A stretch of 64,000 bases of DNA from Actinomycetota bacterium (lineage in GTDB: Bacteria; Actinomycetota; UBA4738; HRBIN12), in assembly GCA_035691205.1 (NCBI GenBank), contig DASSJM010000032.1:15698-79697 (forward strand), given 5' to 3'. Position numbers and translations under genes: made by a program. Of the stretch, positions 37,246 through 46,896 are shown one piece after another (position 1 is the first letter of the stretch; each line of letters begins with the position of its first letter). The notes beneath the pieces are model-generated. The model had not been told where the DNA came from, did not search any database, and saw nothing but the letters and a program-made list of their open reading frames with translations.

Positions 37246-37411
37246 GACGCCGGGTCCTTCGTGAACTGTCTACGGTGCATCGGGCGGTCTCCTGGGCGGT
37301 GGGCGTGAGCTGCTGGGCGCCGGGCGGCGCCGCACTGACCGGGGAGGTCGTCCTAGCTCACGGCCTGGAGTGTAGCGCCCCGCGAACGCTCGGGGAACGT
37401 CCGGCGACAGG

Positions 37412-38116
37412 ATGGCCCCGCCCATCCCCGCCCGTAGCATGGGAGCCGTGGAGCGGACGCAGGCCTTCGTGTTCGACCTGGACGGCACCCTGGTGGACAG
37501 CGTCTACCAGCACGTGCTCGCGTGGCAGCACGCCCTTGACGCCGCGGGGATCGAGCTCTCGGTCTGGAGGATCCACCGCAAGGTCGGCATGAGCGGCGGG
37601 CTCTTCGCGAACGCCCTCCTCCGCGAGACCGGTCGCGAGGTGACGTCGGAGCAGGCCGCGGAGCTCCGGCGCCTGCACGCCGAGGCCTACGCGGCCCTCG
37701 GGCCGAGGGTCCGACCGCTGCCCGGCGCCCGGGAGCTCCTCCGACACCTGAGCGCCTCGGGAACCCCGTGGGCGATCGCGACGAGCGGTTACCGCGAGTC
37801 CGCCGGTCCTACGATCGAGCTGCTCGGTGTCCCCCCCGACGTCCCCGTGGTCACGCGCGACCTCGTCGAGCGCGCGAAGCCCGACCCCGACCTGTTCCTC
37901 GCTGCGGCCGAGCGACTCGGGATCGACATCGAGGACTGCGTCGTAGTCGGCGACAGCGTGTGGGACCTGCTCGCCGCCCGCCGGGCTCGTGCGCTCGGCG
38001 TCGGCATGCTCTCGGGTGGGTACGGGCGCGAGGAACTCGAGCGGGCAGGTGCGTACCGCGTGTACGAGGACCCGGCGGACCTGCTGGACCACCTCGACGA
38101 GGTGGGCGTCCGCTAG
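37412..38116 (+). CDS. HAD-superfamily hydrolase (beta-phosphoglucomutase/phosphatase-like)
   Basis: 234 aa. Motif I FVFDLDGTLVDS, motif II ATSG, motif III/IV ...VVGDSVWD. An alternative start at 37439 (MGAVERTQAF...) is equally plausible. Confidence 0.75.
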   Translation: MAPPIPARSMGAVERTQAFVFDLDGTLVDSVYQHVLAWQHALDAAGIELSVWRIHRKVGMSGGLFANALLRETGREVTSEQAAELRRLHAEAYAALGPRVRPLPGARELLRHLSASGTPWAIATSGYRESAGPTIELLGVPPDVPVVTRDLVERAKPDPDLFLAAAERLGIDIEDCVVVGDSVWDLLAARRARALGVGMLSGGYGREELERAGAYRVYEDPADLLDHLDEVGVR

Positions 38117-38283
38117 GGATCCGGGACCGTCCCTGCGATCCGTCGCCCGACCGGACGGTGATTAGCCGCCGATGGGATGGGGTACACGGAAGGCGTTGGC
38201 CAACCCGACAGGGATCCCACGCACCGGCGATCGCTGGATAGCCCGCGAAGGCGACGGGAAGCACGTCGCCGGGAAGGAGGCGC

Positions 38284-38847
38284 ATGAAGCGACTCTCAGT
38301 TTCACTGATGCTGGTTGCGGCGTTCATGCTGTCGACCGCAACCGTCGTTCAGGGAGCTCCCAACCTGCAGACGTTCGGTACCGGAGAGGTGACGCTGACG
38401 GGGGACGACTCCGCGACGATCGTCCTCGACGTAGCCGGCGAATACGGAGGGGTCTACCTGAACTCGAAGAGCCAGTCCGGGAAGATGTTGGCCGAGGCCG
38501 ACTTCTCCTTCGTCTCGACCGGTGACGTGACCGGCGGCGCTCCGAGGTTCTCGATCCCGATCGACGACAAGGCCATCCCGGGACCGACGGACTTCTTCGA
38601 TGGCACGGACGTTGCCTACGCGTTCCTGGACGCCGCGAACTGCGGTGGCGTTTCTGACGTAGAGACCCTGGTTTCGACCGATGCCGCGAACTGCATGGTC
38701 TTCCTGAACGCGGGCGGCAGCTGGGCGAACTGGGATGCGTTCGCGGAGGCCAACCCGACCTTCCGCATCGCGCCCGGGTACATCCCGTTCGTGATCGCGG
38801 ACGGTGCCCTCGGCACGTATGAGGTGGAGGACATCGCCCTGAGGTAA
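38284..38847 (+). CDS. secreted hypothetical protein (signal peptide; locally lower GC)
   Basis: 187 aa. AGGAGG 6 nt upstream of ATG. MKRLSVSLMLVAAFMLSTATVVQGAP signal peptide. Codon usage visibly less GC-biased (e.g. tcagtttcactgatgctggttgcg) than flanking genes. Confidence 0.6.
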   Translation: MKRLSVSLMLVAAFMLSTATVVQGAPNLQTFGTGEVTLTGDDSATIVLDVAGEYGGVYLNSKSQSGKMLAEADFSFVSTGDVTGGAPRFSIPIDDKAIPGPTDFFDGTDVAYAFLDAANCGGVSDVETLVSTDAANCMVFLNAGGSWANWDAFAEANPTFRIAPGYIPFVIADGALGTYEVEDIALR

Positions 38848-38873
38848 TAGGTCGACGACGACGGGCGGCAGTA

Positions 38874-38906
38874 GGCGGCCGGCGTGCAAGGTTGGCGCCG
38901 GTCGCC
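38874..38906 (+). terminator. putative intrinsic-terminator-like hairpin after the secreted-protein gene
   Basis: ggcggccggcg-tgcaaggttgg-cgccggtcgcc gives a 10/11 complementary stem 27 nt after the stop codon. No U-tract, as is common in high-GC actinobacteria. Confidence 0.3.
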
Positions 38907-38971
38907 TGCCGTTCCAGGGGGCTCCGGAGGACTCAGGGCCGTCGGCGCTGCGGTGGTTCTTCGTCGCTCGG

Positions 38972-39057
38972 TGTCGGAGGGGGGATTTGAACCCCCACGG
39001 CCCATAGGGCCACTAGGCCCTCAACCTAGCGCGTCTACCAAGTTCCGCCACTCCGAC
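38972..39057 (-). tRNA. tRNA-Leu (anticodon GAG), class II with long variable arm
   Basis: Minus-strand sequence GTCGGAG-TG-GCGGAACTTGGTAGACGCG-CTAGG-TTGAGGG-CCTAG-TGGCCCTATGGGCCGT-GGGGGTTCAAATCCCCC-CTCCGAC-A. 7-bp acceptor stem fully paired, anticodon loop TTGAGGG (GAG), 16-nt variable arm, T-loop TTCAAAT. CCA not encoded. Confidence 0.85.
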
Positions 39058-39103
39058 GGGAGGCGCGAGGGATTCTACCAACGGCCGTGCGGGCTCCCGC
39101 CGT

Positions 39104-39325
39104 CTACCAGTTGGCGGAGAGCCAGAACGTGGACACGCCGAAGACCAGGGCCGTGACCACCGTGATGCGGTCGAGCCGGCGCTCGAGGGCCGTCCCGCCC
39201 GACAGGGTCGAGGTCCCGCCGAACATGTCCGACAGGCCGCTCCCCTTGCCCGAGTGCAGGAGGATGAAGACGATCAGGAACAGGCTCGAGATGATGCAGA
39301 GGATGAGCGCGATCAGGTTCAGCAT
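39104..39325 (-). CDS. secG: preprotein translocase subunit SecG
   Basis: 73 aa from ATG 39325: MLNLIALILCIISSLFLIVFILLHSGKGSGLSDMFGG..., a typical SecG. The track ORF is extended to 129 aa upstream. Confidence 0.85.
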   Translation of the reverse strand: MLNLIALILCIISSLFLIVFILLHSGKGSGLSDMFGGTSTLSGGTALERRLDRITVVTALVFGVSTFWLSANW

Positions 39326-39336
39326 GGCTCCGTATC

Positions 39337-40404
39337 CTACCGACTCTCGCCGGGGTCGGCCTGGATGATCGCTCGGTCCGCAAGGGGGAAGTGGCAGGCC
39401 GCGACCTGCCCCTCGTGCTGAGCCACGAGCACGGGCTCGTCGTCGCTGCACTTGGGGAACTGGGCGTTGGGGCACCGAGGGTGGAACCGACACCCCGAGG
39501 GCGGGTCGATCGGGCTCGGGACGTCGCCTTCGAGGATGATCCGCTTCTTGGCCGCCGCGAGGTCCGGGTCGGGGATCGGCACCGCCGACAGGAGCGCGCC
39601 GCTGTACGGGTGCTTCGGGTTGTTGTACAGGGTCTGACCCTCGGCCATCTCGACGATCTTCCCCAGGTACATGACCGCGACGCGGTCCGAGACGTGCTTC
39701 ACGACGGACAGGTCGTGAGCGATGAACAGGTAAGTGAGGTTGAACTCCTCCTGCAGGTCCTCGAGCAGGTTGAGGACCTGAGCCTGGATCGACACGTCGA
39801 GCGCGGAGACCGGTTCGTCGCAGACGATGAGCTTGGGCCGCAGCGCGAGCGAGCGGGCGACGCCGATCCGCTGCCGCTGGCCTCCCGAGAACTCGTGCGG
39901 GTATCGGTTGTAGTGCTCGGGGTTGAGGCCGACCAGCTCCATCAGCTGCTGAACCTCGCCCTTGATCTTGTTCCTGGGCACGGTTCCGTGCAGGCGGAAC
40001 GGCGTCCCGATGATCGACCCGACGGTCTTCCGGGGGTTCAGCGACGCGAACGGGTCCTGGAAGATCATCTGCATCTCCCGGCGGAGCCCGCGCAGCTGCT
40101 TGCCGTGGACGCGGGTGATGTCCTGGCCCTCGAACTCGATGGAGCCCTCGGTCGCCTCGTACAGGCGCATGACCACCCGGGCCAGGGTGGACTTGCCGCA
40201 GCCGGTCTCCCCCACGAGTCCGAGGGTCTCGCCCTTGAAGATCTCGAGGTCCACCCCATCCACGGCGTGGACGTTGCCGATGCGCTTCTGGAACAGGATG
40301 CCCCGGGTGATCGGGAACAGCTTGCGGAGGCCGCGGATCCGGATCAGCGGCGTCTCTGAGGTGGTCGGTGCTGGCTCCGAGCGCTCGTTGACCTGGATGC
40401 TCAC
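39337..40404 (-). CDS. peptide ABC transporter ATP-binding protein (DppF/OppF-like)
   Basis: Walker A GETGCGKSTL, LSGGQRQR, Walker B LIVCDEPVSALD, C-terminal oligopeptide_C Cys motif (CRFHPRCP). Start assigned to GTG 40404, which overlaps the upstream TGA (GTGA). The track ORF extends 51 codons further. Confidence 0.75.
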   Translation of the reverse strand: MSIQVNERSEPAPTTSETPLIRIRGLRKLFPITRGILFQKRIGNVHAVDGVDLEIFKGETLGLVGETGCGKSTLARVVMRLYEATEGSIEFEGQDITRVHGKQLRGLRREMQMIFQDPFASLNPRKTVGSIIGTPFRLHGTVPRNKIKGEVQQLMELVGLNPEHYNRYPHEFSGGQRQRIGVARSLALRPKLIVCDEPVSALDVSIQAQVLNLLEDLQEEFNLTYLFIAHDLSVVKHVSDRVAVMYLGKIVEMAEGQTLYNNPKHPYSGALLSAVPIPDPDLAAAKKRIILEGDVPSPIDPPSGCRFHPRCPNAQFPKCSDDEPVLVAQHEGQVAACHFPLADRAIIQADPGESR

Positions 40405-41417
40405 GACCGCACCATGACTTCCTCGTTGAAGATCCGCTCCTTGTCCGCGAGCGAGAGGTGGCACCGCGACGCGTGATGACCGTCGGAGGGAAGGAGCTCG
40501 GGCATCTCCGTGCGGCACCTGTCGAACGCGTGGGGGCATCGCGGATTGAACGAGCACCCGGGCGGGAGGAAGATCAGCGATGGGGGCAGCCCCTTGATCG
40601 GGTTCAGCCGCTCCTTCACGGTCGTCTCACCCAGCCGCGGGATCGAGGACAGGAGGCCCCAGGTGTATGGGTGATGCGACTTGTAGTAGATGTCCCGACG
40701 GTCGCCCGCCTCGACGATCCGCCCCGCGTACATGACCTGGATGTGGTCGCAATGCTCGGCCACCACGCCGAGGTCGTGGGTGATGATGACCACCGCGGCG
40801 TTGAACTCCTCCCTGAGGCGATCGATCAGGTCGAGGATCTGCGCCTGAACGGTCACGTCGAGCGCGGTGGTGGGCTCGTCGGCGATCAGGAGGTCCGGGT
40901 TCAGCGAGAGCGCCATCGCGATCATCGCGCGCTGACGCATGCCTCCAGAGAACTCGTGGGGGTACTGGTCGGCCCGTTCGTCGGGCCGGGGGATCCCCAC
41001 GCGACGAAGCATCTCGACCGCCTGCTCGCGAGCCTCCTGCTTGGACACCTTCTGGTGGACGCGGATCGCCTCGCTGATCTGCGCCCCAACCTTGTAGTAC
41101 GGGTGCAGGGAGGTCATGGGGTCCTGGAAGATCATCGAGATCTTGGCCCCCCGGACGTTGCGCATCTCCTCGCTCGGCAGCGTCAGCAGGTCCTGGCCCT
41201 GGAAGATGATCTCGCCCTCGATCACGGCCTGCGGGCGCGTGATGAGGCCCATCACCGTGAGGAACGACACGCTCTTGCCCGACCCGGACTCCCCTACCAC
41301 CCCGAGGCTCTCGCCCGGCTGGACGGAGAAGGAGATGCCGTCGACGGCCTTGACCAGCCCGTCCTCGGTCGGGAAGTGGACCGCGAGGTCGTTGACCTCC
41401 AGGAGCGGCTCGGCCAC
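40401..41417 (-). CDS. peptide ABC transporter ATP-binding protein (DppD/OppD-like)
   Basis: 338 aa from GTG 41417 (VAEPLLEVNDLAVHF...). Walker A GESGSGKSV, FSGGMRQR, Walker B LLIADEPTTALD, C-terminal CSFNPRCP. The GTG shares one nucleotide with the permease TAG (..TAGTG..). The upstream 249 codons of the track ORF are spurious. Confidence 0.8.
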   Translation of the reverse strand: MAEPLLEVNDLAVHFPTEDGLVKAVDGISFSVQPGESLGVVGESGSGKSVSFLTVMGLITRPQAVIEGEIIFQGQDLLTLPSEEMRNVRGAKISMIFQDPMTSLHPYYKVGAQISEAIRVHQKVSKQEAREQAVEMLRRVGIPRPDERADQYPHEFSGGMRQRAMIAMALSLNPDLLIADEPTTALDVTVQAQILDLIDRLREEFNAAVVIITHDLGVVAEHCDHIQVMYAGRIVEAGDRRDIYYKSHHPYTWGLLSSIPRLGETTVKERLNPIKGLPPSLIFLPPGCSFNPRCPHAFDRCRTEMPELLPSDGHHASRCHLSLADKERIFNEEVMVRS

Positions 41418-42388
41418 TACGTGTACCTGACCCGGGGGTCGAGGAACGCATACGCCACGTCGACCAGGAGGTTGGCCAGGGCGATGAAGAACGCGCCGAA
41501 GATGGTCACCCCCATGACCGAGGGGAAGTCGTTGTTGAAGATCGCGTTGACCGCGTACTGCCCCACGCCGGGGAGGTTGAACACGGTCTCGGTGATGAAC
41601 GCGCCGCCCAGCAGCCCCGCCAGGTCGAGCCCGAACATGGTGACGACCGGCGTGAGCGCGGCCCGCAGGCCGTGTCGGTAGATCACCCGCTTCTCCGAGA
41701 GCCCCTTGGCGCGAGCCGTCCGGATGTAGTCCTCGCCCATCGTCTCGATGAGGTTGCCGCGGACCATGCGCGCGTAGAACGCCGCGAAGGCGAGCGACAG
41801 CACCGCCCAGGGCAGGATGAACCGGCCGGTCAGGACCGCCTCCCACACGCTCATCCCGATCGGGATGCCCGAGGGCGGGGCCCATCCCAACTTGAACCAG
41901 AAGATATACAGGAACAGGTACGCGAGCCAGAACACCGGCGCGGACACCCCGATCAGGGCGAAGACCATCGCCCCTCGGTCCATGATGCTGCGCCGTCGGA
42001 CCGCCGAGATGATCCCGATGGGGATGCCGATGATGAGCCACGTGATGGCGGCCCCCACCGCCAGCGCGATCGTCACCGGGAGGCGGCCGAGGATCTCCTC
42101 CTTCACCGGGACGAAGTTGGCGTACGAGTAGTAGACGTCCTCGTCCAGGAACAGGCCCGGCCACGGGACGAGTCCGCGGGCGAACCGCCCGTACTGGATG
42201 TACAGGGGCTTGTCCAGGCCGAACGCCTTGCGCGCAGCCTCGACGTTCTCGGGCGAGGTGGCCCTGCCCACGGCCCGGCGCGCCGGGTCGGCCGCGGGGA
42301 GCTTCACGAAGATGATGAACGTGATCATGGACACGACGAACAGGACCAGGATCATGAAGAGGGTCCGCCGGATCAGGTACCTGCCCAT
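41417..42388 (-). CDS. peptide ABC transporter permease (DppB/OppB-like)
   Basis: 323 aa, six TM helices, BPD_transp_1 EAA-like region (…YIRTARAKGLSEKRVIYRHGLRAAL…). Confidence 0.85.
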   Translation of the reverse strand: MGRYLIRRTLFMILVLFVVSMITFIIFVKLPAADPARRAVGRATSPENVEAARKAFGLDKPLYIQYGRFARGLVPWPGLFLDEDVYYSYANFVPVKEEILGRLPVTIALAVGAAITWLIIGIPIGIISAVRRRSIMDRGAMVFALIGVSAPVFWLAYLFLYIFWFKLGWAPPSGIPIGMSVWEAVLTGRFILPWAVLSLAFAAFYARMVRGNLIETMGEDYIRTARAKGLSEKRVIYRHGLRAALTPVVTMFGLDLAGLLGGAFITETVFNLPGVGQYAVNAIFNNDFPSVMGVTIFGAFFIALANLLVDVAYAFLDPRVRYT

Positions 42389-42485
42389 GTCAGCCTCGGA
42401 TGATACTCCAGTCGCGGAAGGGGGCCGCTCCCCTGAGCGGCCCCCTTCCTTGCGGTTTCCTGCCTCGTCCTTCCGGTTCCCTGCC

Positions 42486-44390
42486 CTACTGGGCGTCCGG
42501 GTGGATGGCGAAGTGGTCGAAGGCCGCCAACCCGGCGAACTGGTCGAACGAGTAGTTCACGATGCGGGCCGACGTGACATCGACGTTGTTGTCGAAGAAG
42601 TACGGGGCCCATGGAACGACCTCTTCCATCAGCGTCACATCCAGATCGGCCCACCCCTGGAACCGGGCATCGCCGGTCTGGGCGTTGGCCGTCGCGATCT
42701 GCTCGTCGACGCTCGGAACCTCGGTGACCGAGTAGCCGTTCTCCTGCAGCAGTTCGGGGCTCGCGCCCAGCAGGGAGTAGTTGCAGCAGCTCGGGAAGAT
42801 CGCCGCGGAGCCGAACAGCGGGTCGGCGAACGTGTACCCGTCCGGGAAGTCCTTGCCCCAACCGGGCGCCAGGCAGATCGCCACCTGCGCGCTCGGGTCG
42901 TTGCACTTCGAGTACATCGTGGTGCGCTCGAAGGACTTGATGTCGAAGACCAGCCCGAGCGGCTCCATGTTCTGCGTGATCAGGGCCGCCTGGTCCGGGT
43001 ACGGGTCGGCCTCGTCGGTGACCGCGAGGATGCCCGAGCACACCGGGTCGTCGCAGACACCGTCGCCGTCCGTGTCGTACACGGACTGTGCCATCTCCGC
43101 CTGCGCCGCGGTGATGTCGCCCGCGGAGTTGGGCGTCGCGTACGGGTCGTAGTCGGCCAGGAGGTTGTCCTGCAGGGAGTTCACGAAGATGTGACCCCCG
43201 ATCTCGCCGGTGGACTCACCGCCGCGGAGCGTCCGCATGCCCGCCTTGTCCAAGGCCAGGTTGAAGGCCTTACGGACGTGGATGTCGTCGAACGGCGGCG
43301 CGGCCATGTTGAAGGAGATGTACCGGACCGCGTCCGACGGGTTGATGTGCAGCAGCGGCTGCAGCGTCGGGTCGGTGGAGTAGGTGCGCAGGACCGGCGG
43401 CGGGACGATGCCGTCCACCACGAGGTCGAGCTCACCGGCCTGGATCTTGTTGTACAGGTCGTTGTTGTCCCCACCGATCGAGACGTTGATCGCGTCGGCG
43501 TACGCGGGACGCAGACCGTCCGTGGCCGGGTCGTAGCCCGGGTTGCGGACCAGCTGGATGGACTGGCCTGGCTCGTAGCCCGCGACCGGCGTCTGCTCGT
43601 CCGCCGGGAGTGAGAAGTCGAGGTTCTCGCTGCCCAGGAACATGTACGGGCCGGTGGTCACGAGGTACCGACCGTAGTCCTTGGTGTGGCCCTCGGCCGC
43701 CCCCAGACGCTCGTCCGGCCCGTCGGGCGGGATCGGAGCGGTCGCGTGCATCGAGAACAGGTACGGCAGGTAGCCGGAGGGCGCCGTCAGCGTCACGATC
43801 AGGGTGCTGTCGTCCGGTGCCTCGACGCCGGTGATCGTGTCCGCCTTGCCCTCGCCGAATTCGGCGAAGCCCTCGATGATGTTGTAGTAGAAGTTGTACC
43901 CACCCACGGAGGCGTTCGGGTCCGCGACCCGCTCGAGCGCCCGGACGATGTCTCCGGAGGTCACCGACACGTCCTCGAAGGGCGGGGAGTAGTTGACCCC
44001 GCTCTTCAGCGTGAACGTGTAGGTGAGCCCATCTGAGGAGATCTCCGGCAGTGCGGACGCGATGTCCGGCTGCAGGTCGGCCCCGCCTTCGGCGGTGGTC
44101 TTGCCCGTGTAGCCCAGGAGCGTCCGGAGCAGGCAGCACCGGTAGTACTCCCACGTGACCGAGTAGTACTCCTTCGCCGGGTCGAACGCGGCGCTCACGT
44201 CGCCGAGCATGGCGAACTCGAGCGTGCCGCCCGGCTGGATGTCGGCGCCGGTCTCGCCGGTAGCACCGGTGGCGCCGGTCTCAGCGCCCGTCTCAGCGCC
44301 CGTCTCGCCGCCCCCCTCGTCGCCGCCGCACGCGGCCGCTACGAGACCGAGCACGGCGACGAGCGCCAGTACCTTGAGGTATCGCCTCAC
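42486..44390 (-). CDS. peptide/nickel ABC transporter substrate-binding lipoprotein (SBP family 5)
   Basis: GTG 44390 gives VRRYLKVLALVAVLGLVAAACGG (signal plus lipobox). Gly/Thr-rich linker, then family-5 SBP body (~600 aa). The track ORF begins 30 codons upstream at 44480. Confidence 0.8.
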   Translation of the reverse strand: MRRYLKVLALVAVLGLVAAACGGDEGGGETGAETGAETGATGATGETGADIQPGGTLEFAMLGDVSAAFDPAKEYYSVTWEYYRCCLLRTLLGYTGKTTAEGGADLQPDIASALPEISSDGLTYTFTLKSGVNYSPPFEDVSVTSGDIVRALERVADPNASVGGYNFYYNIIEGFAEFGEGKADTITGVEAPDDSTLIVTLTAPSGYLPYLFSMHATAPIPPDGPDERLGAAEGHTKDYGRYLVTTGPYMFLGSENLDFSLPADEQTPVAGYEPGQSIQLVRNPGYDPATDGLRPAYADAINVSIGGDNNDLYNKIQAGELDLVVDGIVPPPVLRTYSTDPTLQPLLHINPSDAVRYISFNMAAPPFDDIHVRKAFNLALDKAGMRTLRGGESTGEIGGHIFVNSLQDNLLADYDPYATPNSAGDITAAQAEMAQSVYDTDGDGVCDDPVCSGILAVTDEADPYPDQAALITQNMEPLGLVFDIKSFERTTMYSKCNDPSAQVAICLAPGWGKDFPDGYTFADPLFGSAAIFPSCCNYSLLGASPELLQENGYSVTEVPSVDEQIATANAQTGDARFQGWADLDVTLMEEVVPWAPYFFDNNVDVTSARIVNYSFDQFAGLAAFDHFAIHPDAQ

Positions 44391-44535
44391 GTAACCCCCC
44401 TCTCCCTCTTCTTGCTTCACTGACCCGAGCCGATCGCCCGGGTCCCAACCGCCCGGACAGGTCCGGGCACGATGGATCATCTGGGCCGCGTTCCGGTCTC
44501 CTCCTTTCGGAAAGCTGCCTCCGAACTAGATACGG

Positions 44536-45519
44536 TCAGCCACCGGTCTTGGGATCGAGCGCGTCCCGCAGGCCGTCGCCGACCAGGTTGAACGCCAAGG
44601 TGGTCAGGAACAGGAACAGCCCGGGGAACAGCATCATCCACCAGGCGACGGTGAAGATGTCGCCGGCCTCGGACAGCTGGCGGCCCCAGGAGGGGGTCTC
44701 CTGCGGCACGCCGATCCCCAGGAACGACAGGGCTGCCTCGAACAGGATGTTGTTCGGGATGATCAGCGTCGTGTACACGATGATCGAGGCAGCCACGTTG
44801 GGGAGCACCTCGCGGAACATGATCCGGCGGTTGGCCGAACCCATCGACCGGGCGGCCTCGATGAACTCCTTCTCCCGCAGGGACAGGACCTGGCCGCGGA
44901 CGATACGAGCGATGTAAGGCCACGAGAACAGGCCGATCACGTAGCTCACCAGCAGGAGACCCGGCTTGATCAGCCCGCCAAGGCAGCCGTCCTTGGACAA
45001 GCCGCAGGCGGACACGAGACCCAACGACAGCAGCAGCACCGGCAGCGAGAGGACGACGTCGATCGTCCGGGAGATCACCGTGTCGATCTTGCCCCGGTAG
45101 AAGCCGGCGAGCATCCCGAGCGTCACCCCGATCAGCGTCGCGAGCCCGGTGGCGAAGAAGGCGATGAACAGCGAGGTTCGCGCCCCATAGATCACGCGGA
45201 CCATCAGGTCCCGGCCGGCCGTGTCCACCCCGAACCAGAACTCGCTCTGCGGTCCGGTCGGGATGCCGAAGCTGTCGAGCCGGTCCAGGTGCACCTCGTT
45301 CGGCCCGTGGAACTGGGCGGCGATCAGCGGTGCGGTGAGCGCCAGGGTGAGCATGAGGAAGACGATGACGAGGCCGGCGAGCGCGAACCGGTCCTTGCGG
45401 AAGCGACGCCAGAAGAGCTCCCAGGGGGACCGACCGATGACCGCCTGCGAGACCTCGACGCTGATCTCCTCCGAGGGGATCGGGGCGCCGGCTTGCGGCT
45501 CGGAGGTCACCTGGGCCAT
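44536..45519 (-). CDS. peptide ABC transporter permease (DppC/OppC-like)
   Basis: 327 aa. N-terminal OppC_N-like segment (LFWRRFRKDRFALAGLVIVFLML), then a BPD_transp_1 permease. Confidence 0.85.
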   Translation of the reverse strand: MAQVTSEPQAGAPIPSEEISVEVSQAVIGRSPWELFWRRFRKDRFALAGLVIVFLMLTLALTAPLIAAQFHGPNEVHLDRLDSFGIPTGPQSEFWFGVDTAGRDLMVRVIYGARTSLFIAFFATGLATLIGVTLGMLAGFYRGKIDTVISRTIDVVLSLPVLLLSLGLVSACGLSKDGCLGGLIKPGLLLVSYVIGLFSWPYIARIVRGQVLSLREKEFIEAARSMGSANRRIMFREVLPNVAASIIVYTTLIIPNNILFEAALSFLGIGVPQETPSWGRQLSEAGDIFTVAWWMMLFPGLFLFLTTLAFNLVGDGLRDALDPKTGG

Positions 45520-45633
45520 CTCGCTCTGCTCTCCTGGTCAGTGGGGAACGGCGCATCTTAGCCACGAGCCGCCAAGGCAGGCAACGCGCCGAGGGGCAAC
45601 TATACGCCCGACGGTCCGGTCCGCGGGTCCCGG

Positions 45634-46896
45634 TCAGTCCCTCAGGAGCGCGGTGAGGCGGGGAAGGATGTCGACCCCCGCGAGCATGCCGAGCGACCCG
45701 TCCCCACAGGCGCGTTCGCCGAACGCCTGCGACCCGTCCGCGACCACCGGCCCCCCCGCCACGACCAACGGAACGGGTTCGGCCGTGTGCGCCTTGCGTA
45801 GGCACGAGGTGGAGTGATCGGCGGTCACGGCGATCACCGTGCTCGAGGTCTCGAGCGCCGGCAGCACCTCGCCGAAGAACGCCCGGTCGATCAGCTCGAT
45901 CACGTCCAGCTTGTCCTGTGCGCGCCCGTCGTGGGCGGGCAGGTCCGGACCCTTGATGTGCACGTACAGCGCGTCGTGACCCTCGAGGGCGTCCGCCGCG
46001 AGGTGCGCCCACGCCGCGTAGTCCTCCTCCACGAGGAGACGGGGGGCGTCCACAGGTGCCATCCCCAGGAGGACGGCGATCCCTCGCTCGACGGGCATCT
46101 CGACGAAGCAGCCCCAGTCGGGCCCGTACCGCTGCTTGATCGGTTGCAGATGCGGACGGTGGTCGCCCGCGTCCCGCGTGAGGATGAGGTTGCCCGGCAG
46201 CTTCCCGTCGCGGCGGCGCGCCGCGTTCACCTCGGAGGCGTCCAGGATCCTGGCGGAGCCCTCGACGAACGCGTTCGTGAGCTCGGCCGCGCGACGCGCC
46301 GCCTCCGAGTCCTCGAGCGCCTCGCATCGCATCACCCGCGGCTCGAAGGTCTCGAGTGCCACGCCCAGGTGTCCCTCTTTGCGGTATGCGGGGTCCGTGT
46401 TGGTGACCTCGGCCGACAGCGCCCCGTCGTCCGACCGGATCACGAGCGCGCCCCGGTGCTCGACGGTCGCGAGGAGCTCGAAGCTGGCGCCGGGCAGCGA
46501 CAGGCGCTCGGTCACCTCGGCGGCGAGGGCCTGCGACTCTGCTGAGGTGAGGTCCCGGCCCACGCGCCGGTCCACGATCTCCGGCCACTCGGCGGTGGCG
46601 AAGTTGACGCGGTACGCGAGGTCGCCGTCGCGGAAGTCCATCCCGATCCCGACGGCCTCGACCACTCCCCGGCCCGGATGCTCCTCGCGGGGGTCGTACC
46701 CCAAGATCGCGAAGACGGCGATGTCCGACTCGGGCGCGATGCCCTCGCCGACCGTCACCACCGACCCCGTGCTCCCCAACCGCGCAAGCGAATCGAGGAA
46801 CGGCGTGTCCGCGGCCTCGAGCGGCGTCCGATGATCGAGCTCGGGGATCGGGTCGTCCCCGAGTCCGTCGAGGCAGACGTACAGCAGCCGCCTCAT
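45634..46896 (-). CDS. apgM: archaeal-type cofactor-independent phosphoglycerate mutase (ApgM family)
   Basis: 420 aa, alkaline-phosphatase-like fold. MRRLLYVCLDGLGDDP...(metal-binding DG), ...VTADHST... Heads the gap-pgk-tpiA glycolytic array, 4-nt overlap with tpiA stop. Confidence 0.8.
   Translation of the reverse strand: MRRLLYVCLDGLGDDPIPELDHRTPLEAADTPFLDSLARLGSTGSVVTVGEGIAPESDIAVFAILGYDPREEHPGRGVVEAVGIGMDFRDGDLAYRVNFATAEWPEIVDRRVGRDLTSAESQALAAEVTERLSLPGASFELLATVEHRGALVIRSDDGALSAEVTNTDPAYRKEGHLGVALETFEPRVMRCEALEDSEAARRAAELTNAFVEGSARILDASEVNAARRRDGKLPGNLILTRDAGDHRPHLQPIKQRYGPDWGCFVEMPVERGIAVLLGMAPVDAPRLLVEEDYAAWAHLAADALEGHDALYVHIKGPDLPAHDGRAQDKLDVIELIDRAFFGEVLPALETSSTVIAVTADHSTSCLRKAHTAEPVPLVVAGGPVVADGSQAFGERACGDGSLGMLAGVDILPRLTALLRD

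Noticed and set aside
44391-44535. Intercistronic hairpins (cccggacaggtccggg; tcggaaagctgcctccga) between dppC and the SBP gene, considered as a terminator or riboswitch
   Set aside because: Short stems inside an operon, more likely mRNA-stabilising or segmental-decay elements. No conserved riboswitch core recognised.
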